A model generated the notes under the pieces. The model was not told where the DNA came from and made no database searches. It was given only the letters and a program-made list of their open reading frames with translations. From positions 32,630 to 96,629 of the forward strand of contig DVLO01000021.1 of the NCBI GenBank assembly GCA_018715495.1: 64,000 bases of DNA, in the 5' to 3' direction. Each line of letters starts with the position of its first letter. Positions within the stretch are counted from its first letter, which is position 1. Position numbers and translations under genes: made by a program. The DNA comes from Candidatus Limihabitans stercoravium. GTDB taxonomy: Bacteria > Bacillota > Clostridia > Christensenellales > CAG-314. Shown here piece by piece: positions 37,219-48,167 of the stretch.

Positions 37219-37635
37219 GCCAACGTGGTTGGCAAATACATCATGGACGAAGTCCGCAACATGCATACGGCGTGTGCTCATCACGAACACAGCATTGTGA
37301 AAAGATTTGTTTGGATGTTAAATTCGATGTTCACATCAACTTTTACATGGTGCTCCTACGGCAGTAGTGGTTACATCATTTAATAGTAAGTGTTGACATG
37401 TACAGCGACAGATTGTCGCTTTTTTACGTGGCACTGTGTGACGGTGACAGGACATTATTGAAATGTCGATTGTATGCTGAATTCATTTTCTCTTTAAAAT
37501 CCGTTTACCCTTTGGGGGAAATGGTGTATAATGTTTCAGACATCGAAAGGGTGTAGTTGTTCTGACTTTTGCATTGAGAAGTTGGACTAAAAACATTTGA
37601 GACAACCGACATCGGCGGTTGGTCGGGGAGGAAAT

Positions 37636-38451
37636 ATGAGCGAATGTACTCATGATTGTTCAAGTTGCAAGGAAGATTGCAATCAACGTAACAAGAGTTT
37701 GCTGGAAAAACCGCACAGCGGCAGCAAGATCAAGCGTGTAATCGGCGTTGTCAGTGGCAAGGGCGGTGTAGGAAAGAGCATGGTTACATCATTGCTTGCC
37801 GTTACTGCAATGAAGAAGGGATTTTCTACCGCAATTCTTGACGCAGATATCACAGGTCCGTCCATTCCCAGAGCATTTGGATTGAAAGACCATGCTATGG
37901 CAACGGAAGAAGGTATTTATCCTGTGGAATCAGCGTGGGGAGCAGCGGTAATGTCTCTCAACTTGTTGATGGAAAACGACACCGATCCGGTGGTTTGGCG
38001 TGGTCCTGTAATTGCAGGAGCGGTCAAGCAGTTCTGGACGGATGTAATCTGGGGCGAAAGAGACATCATGTTCATTGACATGCCACCGGGAACAGGTGAC
38101 GTTCCGTTGACTGTCTTCCAATCAATACCCGTAGACGGCATTGTGATTGTCACATCTCCGCAGGAACTTGTAGGCATGATTGTAGAAAAGGCTGTAAACA
38201 TGGCTCGCCTGATGAACATTCCGGTGCTGGGACTGGTGGAAAACATGAGTTACACCGTTTGTCCTCACTGCGGTGAAAAACTGCACATCTTCGGCAAGAG
38301 TCACGTTGACGAAATTGCTAAAAAGTACGGTATTGCAAACACTGTACAGCTGCCCATTGACAGCAATCTGACACAGGCATGTGACGACGGAATGATTGAA
38401 CACTTCGAATGTGACTGGCTGGACGACTTGTTTGACAAGATTGTCAGATAA
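37636..38451 (+). CDS. Mrp/NBP35-family Fe-S cluster carrier ATPase (ApbC-like)
   Basis: ATG 37636 after GGGGAGG. Cys-rich N-terminus, deviant Walker A GKGGVGKS, C-terminal CPHCG motif. Confidence 0.9.
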   Translation: MSECTHDCSSCKEDCNQRNKSLLEKPHSGSKIKRVIGVVSGKGGVGKSMVTSLLAVTAMKKGFSTAILDADITGPSIPRAFGLKDHAMATEEGIYPVESAWGAAVMSLNLLMENDTDPVVWRGPVIAGAVKQFWTDVIWGERDIMFIDMPPGTGDVPLTVFQSIPVDGIVIVTSPQELVGMIVEKAVNMARLMNIPVLGLVENMSYTVCPHCGEKLHIFGKSHVDEIAKKYGIANTVQLPIDSNLTQACDDGMIEHFECDWLDDLFDKIVR

Positions 38452-38513
38452 TTGCACAACGTGGCTAAAAAAACAAGTGATTTAAATTCAATTAAAAGTA
38501 ATATCAAATACAA

Positions 38514-38568
38514 AAGACGAATTGTCGAAACAAGCGTTTAGCTCAGCCGACAATTCGTCTTTGTTTTG
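38514..38568. terminator. Long hairpin terminator between convergent genes
   Basis: AAGACGAATTGTCG ... CGACAATTCGTCTT (14-bp arms) followed by TGTTTTGTT. Confidence 0.6.
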
Positions 38569-38663
38569 TTGTGCGATTTAGTGTAGATTAATGCAGCGAT
38601 TTAAATGTAAAAATCAACATGTTCTTCACTTTTTTTCTTTGTGGACAGTTTAAACAAGTAATA

Positions 38664-40319
38664 TTAAGTATCTGCCGACATCATCTCAGGTATTGACCGT
38701 TTCATTGTTTTGTAAAGAGCAATACGGCTAAATATCAAGGCAATAAGTATCAATGCCACAACGGTAATTGCAAGAGCGGTGAAGTAGTGCCAGAAGTTCA
38801 GGTTCATTGCAACACTGAAGATCTGCACTGAACGGGAAAAAGCCCTATCTACAACAAACTTGATTGCGTAGGAAAGAACTGCACTCAACGGCACATCCCA
38901 AGGCAGGCTGCGGGCAAATATAATCAGCATTTCAATCAGATACATTCGTGGTAATTGCGATTTTTTAGCACCGATAGCGCACATCATTCCAAGGTAGCGT
39001 CTTCGTATTTCAACGGAGTAGTTTATTGAATTGAACAAGTTGAGTAGTGTTGCCAACAGAATCGAACCGCCGAAGAAGTACAAAAACAGCATTACATATT
39101 GTCCTGTAGTGTAAAGCGTATTGAAATTATTGTAAAGCTGACATGCTCTGTAATACAATGTTTCGTACAGTTCCCTAACAACGCCAATTCTCTTTTCGCA
39201 TGAAGATATAACTTCTGACACATCCAACGATGAAACGAAGTCCTTGCATTGTACAAACAGTATTGCAGGGTTGTATAGTTGCAGGGGACTAGCTGTGCTT
39301 ACACCATACATGCTTGAAAAGTAGACCACAGGCACTGCACAGAAAATCTTTCCGTCACGTAAAGCCTGTTGTTGCATGGCGTCAAATCCTTGTGTGTAGG
39401 TTGCAACAAGTATTTCCCATTCTTCCTGTTGGTGCAATTTCAATACAGGTTGATACGCCGGTTGGGTTTTATCCTGATCGGAGTAGTAGGATTGTCCGGT
39501 AACCCATATGTCGGCGTCATTTGCAAGGTTGTCGTTTAAGGCGTAGTAGTCGTTGGAAATCACTCCCACAACGGTAAAGTCACTAAATATCTTAGCGGAA
39601 ATATCATCCTCTGTATATTGGTATTCATATTCATTGTTCGGGTCGTTGTCGTTGTCTATGACTAGCATAGAGTAGCCCTCATCAGTTGCACTAAGCGAAA
39701 TTTTCTTATTTAAAACATCATTGGGTGTCAGGAAGAAATCTGCCAAAAATTTTTCGGAAATAAGCACTTCACCTTTAGAGTTCTCCGAAAACTCCCTTCC
39801 GCAACTGAGAAAACTCTTGCCTTGTCTTTCAAGATTGCTGCGCACTCCGTCTGTAATAAACTTTGACGATTCATAGGGAGAAATTTTCATTTTCGTAAGG
39901 GGAGATGATGATGCAGCGTTGTATTTGTAGGGATAACTTTTTTCGCCCACATCAAGAAATTTTTTTCCATCTACATCCATATAGGAAAATTCAAGAATCT
40001 CATCTACCGTATCCCCTACAAGACTGTACAGGGTTTGCTTGTCGGTGTGCCCCAGTATCGGCGTGTAGCCTGAGTTCTCTGAATCGACATGTCCGTCAAG
40101 GGGATCGTTTGCGTTGACAACCGAAACTCCGAAACAGTACACGTTTTCGGCATTGTTGATTGTGTTTGTCAAATCCACCGAAAAAGACATTGTGAAAAAC
40201 AACATAGGTATCAGTATGGTGAGAGCGAATGCAAGTCCGCAGACGGTATTGCGTGTGGACTTCTTTCTGTTTTTTATACTTTCTTTTCCAAGATGTATCA
40301 AGTCTTTAAACTTCATCAT
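38664..40319 (-). CDS. ABC transporter permease, FtsX/MacB-type
   Basis: N-terminal TM, large extracytoplasmic domain and a C-terminal 3-TM FtsX-like bundle. 4-nt overlap with the upstream permease gene. Confidence 0.8.
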   Translation of the reverse strand: MMKFKDLIHLGKESIKNRKKSTRNTVCGLAFALTILIPMLFFTMSFSVDLTNTINNAENVYCFGVSVVNANDPLDGHVDSENSGYTPILGHTDKQTLYSLVGDTVDEILEFSYMDVDGKKFLDVGEKSYPYKYNAASSSPLTKMKISPYESSKFITDGVRSNLERQGKSFLSCGREFSENSKGEVLISEKFLADFFLTPNDVLNKKISLSATDEGYSMLVIDNDNDPNNEYEYQYTEDDISAKIFSDFTVVGVISNDYYALNDNLANDADIWVTGQSYYSDQDKTQPAYQPVLKLHQQEEWEILVATYTQGFDAMQQQALRDGKIFCAVPVVYFSSMYGVSTASPLQLYNPAILFVQCKDFVSSLDVSEVISSCEKRIGVVRELYETLYYRACQLYNNFNTLYTTGQYVMLFLYFFGGSILLATLLNLFNSINYSVEIRRRYLGMMCAIGAKKSQLPRMYLIEMLIIFARSLPWDVPLSAVLSYAIKFVVDRAFSRSVQIFSVAMNLNFWHYFTALAITVVALILIALIFSRIALYKTMKRSIPEMMSADT

Positions 40320-41785
40320 TCCACCTCACTGATTGTTGAAATTACGTTCTTTTCCGCAAATGTTTTTACGTTTCTCAAGGTGTCAAGTACCGCAATTGCG
40401 GCAAATATGACTGCGTTAACAATAGGCAACCACCACGGAAATACCATTGTCAGTACAAAGTCCGGCGGTGCCTGGTAGAAAAGACGGCTGAAAATGGAAT
40501 CAATGACGGAAAACATGGGTTGTTGTAATGGCAGTATCATTGCAACACTCAGTGCAACGCCTAAAAGCACATTCAACAGCACTTCCAGTCCCACAATTAT
40601 TTTCAGATCTTTTTGCAGCAGTCCCAACGCTTTTAGCAATCCGAAAAACTTCTTGTTTTTGTCCACTGAAATCAGGATTGTGTTAACAACGCTTCCGACG
40701 CAAAGCAGCAGAATCAGCAGACACAATGCAGAGAACACAGAAAGCAACAGCGTTTTTGAAAACTGTGCCATTTCCATGTAGGATATGTGAGAGGAATAAA
40801 CCCTTGATGTGATTCCCAAAGGTCCGTAAAAAGGAGGTAGCAGTTGGGCAACCTCATCTCTGAAACCTACCATCGTGTTGTATATTTCGTTGTAATTGTA
40901 ATCAGATTGGGGCAAGGAGTAGTCCAAGTAGATATCCATCAGCAATGCCTTGTCCTGGTAGACATCTAAAAAATTTTTGCCAACAATCATTTGGGATTCA
41001 AGATGATTTAAATAGAATGGTTTCTTTACACTTGTAACAAGCGAATCCGCCTTGTATATTCCCTGCACGGTGCAAGTGAGAAGGCGCGCCGTTTCCGGAT
41101 CGGACAGGGATGTGTCCTCGTACAGAGATGCGAAGGTAACAGTGTCGCCTGTTTTAATTTCTGTTCCTTTTTTTTGCAACGATTGAACAAGTTTGTCACT
41201 CAACCATATAAACGGCTTGTCATTGTCCTGTGCATTCCACAGTCTGCCCTCTACCATCTGTTCATTTCCGCCAAAACTGTAGCATGACAGGTCGGCAACC
41301 GTAACATCTCTAAAATCAATTTCATTTATGAAAGAATTGTATGGATGTTCCGAAAGGTACTCTTCCACCGACGTCTGCATTGTTTCGGGAAGATTGTAAT
41401 GTATCCGGAATGTAGGAATGTCAGAAAAGGATTGTAATGAGTATTGGGCTGTGTTGAACAAGATGTACTCTTTCCTGTCGGCGACAGTTGGGTATCGCTG
41501 AAATATCTTGTCAAATTCAATCCTTTCTTCTAATGTGATGGGGACATCCGACACACGGGTTTTTGTTCCGCCGATTGTGAAGTATGCCCCTTCGGATTCA
41601 AGAAGTTTTATCCCGGCATCGGTTATATTGTTTGCGAAGTTAAAGCCGATTGTAAAAACAGACATTATAAGAGTGCTGACTACTGCAACGATGACAATTG
41701 TCAGCAATGTTCGGCTTGTGTTGTGACGGATGTTGTGAAAACAAATTCGTGCAAGGTCACTGCCCTTCATTGAGCTGTTTTTCAC
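40316..41785 (-). CDS. ABC transporter permease, FtsX/MacB-type
   Basis: Same architecture as its neighbour. GTG start at 41785 after GGAGGTG, abutting the ATPase stop. Confidence 0.8.
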   Translation of the reverse strand: MKNSSMKGSDLARICFHNIRHNTSRTLLTIVIVAVVSTLIMSVFTIGFNFANNITDAGIKLLESEGAYFTIGGTKTRVSDVPITLEERIEFDKIFQRYPTVADRKEYILFNTAQYSLQSFSDIPTFRIHYNLPETMQTSVEEYLSEHPYNSFINEIDFRDVTVADLSCYSFGGNEQMVEGRLWNAQDNDKPFIWLSDKLVQSLQKKGTEIKTGDTVTFASLYEDTSLSDPETARLLTCTVQGIYKADSLVTSVKKPFYLNHLESQMIVGKNFLDVYQDKALLMDIYLDYSLPQSDYNYNEIYNTMVGFRDEVAQLLPPFYGPLGITSRVYSSHISYMEMAQFSKTLLLSVFSALCLLILLLCVGSVVNTILISVDKNKKFFGLLKALGLLQKDLKIIVGLEVLLNVLLGVALSVAMILPLQQPMFSVIDSIFSRLFYQAPPDFVLTMVFPWWLPIVNAVIFAAIAVLDTLRNVKTFAEKNVISTISEVE

Positions 41786-41786
41786 T

Positions 41787-42458
41787 TTACACCTCCTGAG
41801 GCTGACATACGCCGTCTTTCATCACAAGTATGACGTCGGCGTTTTTGGCGTCTTCCATGTTGTGAGTGATCAGTACAACGCTCTTGCCTGACTTTACAAT
41901 GTCCTTGAGTAGTGACATTACTTCGGCGCCGTTTTGAGAATCCAGGTTCCCCGTTGGTTCGTCAGCCAGTACAATTTTAGGATCGTGTACCAACGCACGG
42001 GCAATGGAAACACGTTGCTTTTGTCCGCCTGAAAGTTCTGACGCTTTTTTATAAATCTTGTCTTCCAATCCCAATTGTTTTAGAATGGAAATGACCTTTT
42101 CTTCACGTGTTTTTCGTGGTACTCCCGCAATCATCAATGGCATTGCAACGTTGTCCAGCACGGTGAATGTTGGCTCAAGATAGAAAGACTGAAATACAAA
42201 TCCAGTTGTGCGGTTTCGGTATTCCGCCAATTCTGCAGGAGTTAGCGTTGCAAGATTTTTTCCGTCGGCAATTACTTCCCCTGAAGTAGGAACATCCAGT
42301 GCTCCGATCAGATTCATCATTGTTGTTTTACCGCTTCCGCTTTTTCCGATAATGGCAGTAAACTTGCCGTCTTCAATGACAATGTTGACGTTTTTCAGCG
42401 CATGAACGGCCGATTCCCCTTCCCCGTAGATTTTGTCAACATTTTTCAGTTCAATCAT
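41787..42458 (-). CDS. ABC transporter ATP-binding protein (MacB/LolD-like)
   Basis: Walker [10 protein letters not shown], signature [14 protein letters not shown], Walker [12 protein letters not shown]. Confidence 0.9.
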   Translation of the reverse strand: MIELKNVDKIYGEGESAVHALKNVNIVIEDGKFTAIIGKSGSGKTTMMNLIGALDVPTSGEVIADGKNLATLTPAELAEYRNRTTGFVFQSFYLEPTFTVLDNVAMPLMIAGVPRKTREEKVISILKQLGLEDKIYKKASELSGGQKQRVSIARALVHDPKIVLADEPTGNLDSQNGAEVMSLLKDIVKSGKSVVLITHNMEDAKNADVILVMKDGVCQPQEV

Positions 42459-42907
42459 ACTCCCTCCTGTACTGACGTTAATGTTTTATTGTAGAAATTG
42501 TAACATATACAAATTCTCAAATCAATATATGTTTGAAAATAGTTAAATTTAATTTAGGATTTTTGTTTTAAACACACAAATTTTCAATGGGGATTTTAAA
42601 TTCAATAAGGAAATGCTAAGGACTGAACTGTGCATTGTTGAGTTGGTACAAATTTATAAAGATAGTAAAACTTAAATAATTGAAATAATTCGAAATGTCA
42701 TTAAACAATACGACAACGCCTTGTGTGAGTCTGATTACAGAAAATGAGTGTATTGAAGTAGCAAAATAATACATGACGTGGCATAAACAGTTTCGGTGTA
42801 CAGATTTATAAACACAAATGGGACATCTTACAATGTCCCATTAAATTATCTGCAGCCTAAGGTCTAAATGTATTACCGCTAAACTGATTTTTTGCATTTC
42901 AATACGA

Positions 42908-43345
42908 TTATTTGTTGTCGTTTGCTGTTGATGTCGCTTGTTTGTTTGTGTCGATGCTGTTGCGAAAAACCACAAACTTGTCGTAGATAAATTCCGTTAC
43001 AAAGTTGATCAGCATTGTGCCGATAAGTACAATGTATTCGTTTACATTAAGTGTTACTACGAAGTAATGCGTCCACAGTGTGGAAAGGGGTGTGAATACA
43101 GCGTAGAAGCATGCCACCTTAAGCATTGCAACTGGCACGTTGTTTGCCGACTGAAAGGTGAATTTTCGGTTGAATGTAAAGTTCCACAGGACGGAAAGCA
43201 CAAGAGCAATAAGATAAGCAATCCAGGAAAGGTTGCCTTTCAACCCGAACACTTCAAGCAGCAGTGTTTCGGAAAGCAGTTGTATTACACCTGCCGAAAT
43301 GGAAAACAATGTGAACTTGATTATGCGTATCAATTCTTTTTTCAT
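42908..43345 (-). CDS. GtrA-family membrane protein
   Basis: About 145 aa with 4 TM helices. The IIKFTLFSISAGVIQ... start and FNRKFTF motif are typical of GtrA-like proteins. Confidence 0.75.
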   Translation of the reverse strand: MKKELIRIIKFTLFSISAGVIQLLSETLLLEVFGLKGNLSWIAYLIALVLSVLWNFTFNRKFTFQSANNVPVAMLKVACFYAVFTPLSTLWTHYFVVTLNVNEYIVLIGTMLINFVTEFIYDKFVVFRNSIDTNKQATSTANDNK

Positions 43346-43729
43346 TGGTGTGTCCTTAAAAAAGATTGGTGTGAATTTGCTTACATTTTACTAGCACCTG
43401 ACAATTATGTCAAACAAGTGAAGTGCAAAAAACCGTTAAATTTCGACATTTTACGACAATCGGGTGATGTGCGTCAAAAATTGCATATTGACACAGGCCA
43501 TCGGGTGTGATACATATATTTTTGTAGCATTGATACGTGGTTTGAATTAAATCAATGATTTGTGTGACGCTAAAAAGCTGTGTAAATGAATGAAAATCGG
43601 TGTGTATCAGGCAAAATTTATAAAATGCAACTGCAAGTTGACAAGCGGTTGACAAATTGAAATGTTTAGTTGGTGGTGCGCAACCGTAGGTTATGGTACA
43701 ATACAGCTATCAATGAAGGGGGTATATGT

Positions 43730-44701
43730 ATGATATTTGCAGACAAACTGATTGAGTTGCGAAAGCGAAACGGCATGTCGCAGGAAGACCTAGCCAACCA
43801 ACTCAATGTTACAAGACAAGCCATTTCCAAGTGGGAAAGCGCTCAGAGTATGCCTGACAGTTCCAACATTGCACAAATGAGTAAGTTGTTCGGTGTGTCG
43901 GAAGACACTTTGTTAAATGATGACAAGGGACTGGACGGCAACGATGACTTCACCACAAGCAAGGTGCTTTCAAAAAATGAGGCAAGTTTGTTTATAAAGC
44001 ACTCACAAAAATCTGCAAGGGTGTACAGTATGGCTGTAATGCTGTTTATAATGGCGTTGGGCATTTATCTTGCAGGAAGAAGTTACTTGTTGTGTAATTA
44101 TTGGGGAACGACAGCTTCTGTATTGGTAGGAACAATTTTGTCTGTTGGTCTTGTTGCGATAGGAGTTCCGATTTGGCTTGCTTGGAGTTTTAAAAATCCC
44201 AATTGTATTTACAATGGAAAAACCTTGAGTGTTGCTCCCGAAAACATTGAATATGTAAAGAGCAAGAGAGAAGATTTTGGTTATATCAGAAAGACTTACA
44301 ACGCAATCGGAATTGTAATGTGTATCTTGTGTGCAATTCCGTTGATAGTTGTCAAGGAACTGGAACCTTTAAGTTTTGAATTTGCATTGGGCATGGTGCT
44401 GATAGTTATTGGCGTTGCGGTAAAGTGTTTAGTATATGCAAGCGTTGCAAACAGGTCTTTTCAAAGGCTGTTTGGCGACGGATGGTATGCACCAAGAGGA
44501 AAAAAGATCAGCAGTGCCATGGCAAAGACTACCGCTATATTCTGGTCGGCAGTACTTGTAACTTACCTTGCGCACCGGCTGTTGTCTGACCATTGGTACA
44601 AAAGTTGGACAATCATTGTCATATGTTCGGCAGGCTACTTGTTGGCATTTTGCATTGTCAATGCCATTGTGGGATTTCTTTACGACAGACGCAATAAATG
44701 A
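43730..44701 (+). CDS. Membrane-anchored XRE-family HTH protein (paralog 1 of 3)
   Basis: ATG 43730 after GAAGGGGG. N-terminal HTH MIFADKLIELRKRNGMSQEDLANQLNVTRQAISKWE, then several TM helices. Confidence 0.8.
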   Translation: MIFADKLIELRKRNGMSQEDLANQLNVTRQAISKWESAQSMPDSSNIAQMSKLFGVSEDTLLNDDKGLDGNDDFTTSKVLSKNEASLFIKHSQKSARVYSMAVMLFIMALGIYLAGRSYLLCNYWGTTASVLVGTILSVGLVAIGVPIWLAWSFKNPNCIYNGKTLSVAPENIEYVKSKREDFGYIRKTYNAIGIVMCILCAIPLIVVKELEPLSFEFALGMVLIVIGVAVKCLVYASVANRSFQRLFGDGWYAPRGKKISSAMAKTTAIFWSAVLVTYLAHRLLSDHWYKSWTIIVICSAGYLLAFCIVNAIVGFLYDRRNK

Positions 44702-44924
44702 TTGTATTTACAAAAGTTTTACACATTGTGACTAAAAAAATGTTCCCGTGCAACTAAAGAGCTGTAAACAAGTCTTTACCTTGCACACATTGTTTACAGA
44801 TGAATGACACACCTTTGAAAATTTGAAATGTTCATTCGCAAAATGCACAATGTCGTAAAACAGCATGAGTTTTGGTAAGTAAACTAGTTCATTGGACACT
44901 AACTGCAATAAAAGGGGGATATAT

Positions 44925-45902
44925 ATGATATTTGCAGACAAATTGATTGAATTGCGTAAAAGACACGGCATGTCGCAGGAAGAACTTGCCGACAGACTCA
45001 ATGTAACAAGACAATCTGTTTCCAAGTGGGAAGGAGCACAAAGTGTACCCGATCTTCAGAAGGTAGTTCAACTCAGTCAACTATTCGAAGTGTCTACCGA
45101 TGTGTTGTTGAAGGATGAACTGACTCTTGGTCAAGCGGAACCTATTGAACAAAATGCTGTTAGTAAAAGGGTGTCGTTATCAGATGCGGAGGCATATATA
45201 AAACATTCCAAAGCAAGTGCAACACGCAGTAGCATTGCCACCGGGCTGTTTACATTTATACTTGAAGTGGTGTTGTTGATGTCCAGTCAGCAAGTAAAGG
45301 AAACAATTGGCGCAACATTGGTTACAGTACTGGGCACTGTGATAATAATAGCATGTATTGTAATCGGAACAGCAATTTCAATCAGCAACAGCTCAAGGAG
45401 CAGACAATTTCTTTACGTAGAAGAGGAGGTATTCAAGTTAGAGGGAGAAGCCATAGAAATTGTGGAAAAACGCATGGCAAAATTCCGCATTCAATTTGTA
45501 ATCAACAATATAATTGGATCTATATTGTGTTTTGCAGGACTCCTTCCGTTTTTGCCACTTAATATATTTACTTCGGAAAATGAAAGCATTGTGTATTTGC
45601 TAATTATAGGCATTGTTTTGGGCGCTTGTATTTTTGTTTACAACGGAGTTAGATGGTCTGCCTTCCGAAAACTGTTGGCTCAGGGAAGAAGTGTAACTAG
45701 TGGAAAACGAATAGGTATTGCCATTGAAAGGGCCGCTGTCATTTATTGGCTGATCACGTTGACAATCTACCTTGTTTGGAGTCTGTCAACACTAAATTGG
45801 GCAATAACTTGGCTTGTGTGGGCTGTTGCGGCGGTGTTGTTTTCTGTTGTGTTGGGCATTGTCGATTCGGCTACTGATAAATTTGACAGTGGTGGGGAAT
45901 GA
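44925..45902 (+). CDS. Membrane-anchored XRE-family HTH protein (paralog 2 of 3)
   Basis: ATG 44925 after AAAGGGGG. HTH MIFADKLIELRKRHGMSQEELADRLNVTRQSVSKWE plus a TM region. Confidence 0.8.
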   Translation: MIFADKLIELRKRHGMSQEELADRLNVTRQSVSKWEGAQSVPDLQKVVQLSQLFEVSTDVLLKDELTLGQAEPIEQNAVSKRVSLSDAEAYIKHSKASATRSSIATGLFTFILEVVLLMSSQQVKETIGATLVTVLGTVIIIACIVIGTAISISNSSRSRQFLYVEEEVFKLEGEAIEIVEKRMAKFRIQFVINNIIGSILCFAGLLPFLPLNIFTSENESIVYLLIIGIVLGACIFVYNGVRWSAFRKLLAQGRSVTSGKRIGIAIERAAVIYWLITLTIYLVWSLSTLNWAITWLVWAVAAVLFSVVLGIVDSATDKFDSGGE

Positions 45903-46638
45903 TAACACCGACTTACAAAGTCAGTAAAAATCTACCAAATAACTAAAGTTTCCGACGTGTTTTTAAAATTTATCGGTATTTTGCGGGCAACAATTTGTTG
46001 CCCGTTTTTATTTGTGTTTAAACAATTTGTTTGTCGAAATTGACACTTAGTTGGCAACACACCTTTGTGCGTTTTTATGTAATGTTACATGCTTTTAAAC
46101 GTTTTTTAACAAGTTGGTTAGGTGTTGTAATTGTTGTATTTTTGTTTGTTTTCAAAACAAAAATGTAAATTCGACAATAGCTATTAGTTGTAAATGAGTG
46201 AACCCGTAGTACTTCTAATAAATTTACACAATGACTGTTTTTACAAAATAAACAAATGTTAATTTTACGTGTAATATTGACTGCACATTTTTTCTTGTGT
46301 ATAATCGAGTTGTCCATGTAACCTTAATTTGTATTGACGGATCAAGGTTCAAAACAAAGCCGTAACAGTTTTTAAGTTAGAACAAATTGTTGTTTGTCAA
46401 TTGTTTACTTTAATAGACAATTTTACAGAGTTTGTTTAATGGTGTTTGATTGAATTGTCGGTAGCTGTTTAACAGGTCTGTTTGGCAGTTTCCAAAATCG
46501 AAAAATGACTAAAAACTGCCTACGTATGCACAATTTACATAAAATGCAACTGTCAGTTGACAAATTGAACAGTTAAATTGGTGGTGTGCAACTGCACTTT
46601 GTGGTACAATACAGGCAACAACGAAGGAGGTTTACTCT

Positions 46639-47622
46639 ATGATATTTGCAGATAAACTCATTGCCTTGCGCAAAAGAAACGGCATGTCGCAGGAGGAACT
46701 GGCAGACAAACTAAATGTTACAAGGCAATCTATATCCAAGTGGGAAGGTGCGCAAAGCGTACCCGATCTTCAGAAGATACTTCAACTCAGTCAGCTGTTC
46801 GGTGTGTCCACCGATGTGTTGCTAAAGGACGAGCTGTCATTGGACGATTGTCCGACAACCGAACCGCAATCCTATTGTAAGAAGGTAACTCTTGAAGAAG
46901 CCAACAAATTTCTCGCTAATTCAAGAGAATTGGCAAGATTGTACAGCATTGCAACTGCATTGTGTATATTTGCGGTTGTGCCGTTGCTGTTCTTCCTTTC
47001 TCCCTTGCTTGTTTCGGTGATGGGCGAATCGACTTCTGTTGCAGTAGGACTCGTCTTGTTGTTTGTGTTTGTTGCATTGGGCGTAGCAATATTCATCTAC
47101 ATCGGTTTTAAGAATCAACCGTACAAATACCTTGAAGATACCATATTCGAGTTGGATTACGGTGTCAGTGGTGTTGTTGAACAACGCAAGCAGGACTACC
47201 GCCCTTGCTACGCACGAAACAATATATTAGGGGCGGTGCTGTGTGTTCTGTCAGTAATTCCCGTAACCGTGGTGGCAATAACGAAATCCGATTACACGAT
47301 GTTTGCACTTTGCGCAATGATAGTAATGGTAATTATTGCAGTCGTATTGTTTGTTTACAGCGGAACACGTTGGTCTGCATTGCAGAAATTACTTGCGGAA
47401 GGCGATTATTCCAAAAACGGAAAGAAGATCAACGGCACATTGGACAAGATTTCCGGAATTTACTGGCCACTTGTACTTGCAATATATCTTGGTTACAGTT
47501 TCATTTCCAACAATTGGGGAAGAAGTTGGATTGTGTGGCCTGTAGCTGCGGTACTGTTTGCCGTGGTGTCAGCCATTGTCGATCTGATTGCAGGAAGATC
47601 CGACAGCGACAACAAAGAGTAA
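46639..47622 (+). CDS. Membrane-anchored XRE-family HTH protein (paralog 3 of 3)
   Basis: RBS GAAGGAGG. HTH MIFADKLIALRKRNGMSQEELADKLNVTRQSISKWE plus a TM region. Followed by the terminator ACGGGCAACAATTGTTGCCCGT-T8 (about 47709-47738). Confidence 0.8.
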   Translation: MIFADKLIALRKRNGMSQEELADKLNVTRQSISKWEGAQSVPDLQKILQLSQLFGVSTDVLLKDELSLDDCPTTEPQSYCKKVTLEEANKFLANSRELARLYSIATALCIFAVVPLLFFLSPLLVSVMGESTSVAVGLVLLFVFVALGVAIFIYIGFKNQPYKYLEDTIFELDYGVSGVVEQRKQDYRPCYARNNILGAVLCVLSVIPVTVVAITKSDYTMFALCAMIVMVIIAVVLFVYSGTRWSALQKLLAEGDYSKNGKKINGTLDKISGIYWPLVLAIYLGYSFISNNWGRSWIVWPVAAVLFAVVSAIVDLIAGRSDSDNKE

Positions 47623-48096
47623 AACATCAGACTTTAAACGTAACTATTTTAAATTACATTGTGATGTAAGTGTACTTCTATTGAATGGTGAAATCCCATT
47701 GGCATTTTACGGGCAACAATTGTTGCCCGTTTTTTTTGTGGTTGTTTCAGCACTGGTTGTCTACGAAGTGGTGTGTTTTGTAAGTTCGGTTACTTGCAGT
47801 TTGTCATTTTTGTTGTATTTGTTATTTCAACAGGTGTGTTTTCACCGTGCAAAAATCAAGATTTACATTTCACATTCTTACAAGTTATAAAATAAATTGA
47901 TAGTTTTACAATCTGAAAATTGCATTTTGTTGTGTTTTGTGGTGAAAAACGCATTAAAACGTGTAATCAAACGACAATTTGTTCTAAATTTGTTTAAATT
48001 TCAGCGGTTTTCGGCTTGTTAATAATGAAACTCGTTCATAAACTGTTTTTATGCCCCTCCAAAAATAAAAATAGGTTCATTTCTGACTTGCTACAA

Positions 48097-48125
48097 TTGA
48101 CTGATAATATTATCTTGTGTATAAT
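48097..48125 (+). promoter_or_regulatory. Sigma-70 promoter (extended -10) of the membrane/redox cluster
   Basis: TTGACT, 17-nt spacer ending in TGTG, TATAAT. Confidence 0.65.
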
Positions 48126-48167
48126 CCAGATTGTTAAGTTATTTTTATGCTTGGGAGGGCATGACAT

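Noticed and set aside
36686-37367. ORFs 36686..37036 (+), 36863..37177 (-) and 37038..37367 (+)
   Set aside because: They overlap three tRNA genes, two terminators and the tRNA-Val-linked repeat. They have no RBS and are low-complexity translations.
46075-46317. 80-aa minus-strand ORF in the long spacer between XRE paralogs 2 and 3
   Set aside because: It lies in very AT-rich DNA, gives a low-complexity product, and has no RBS. It is most likely non-coding spacer.
48049-48162. Inverted repeat ATGCCCCTCCAAAAATAAAAATA / TATTTTTATGCTTGGGAGGGCAT that could sequester the RBS of the 48168 gene
   Set aside because: The best promoter (48097-48125) lies between the two arms, so the upstream arm would not be in the main transcript. 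It would matter only if there is read-through from upstream. Kept as a low-priority note.
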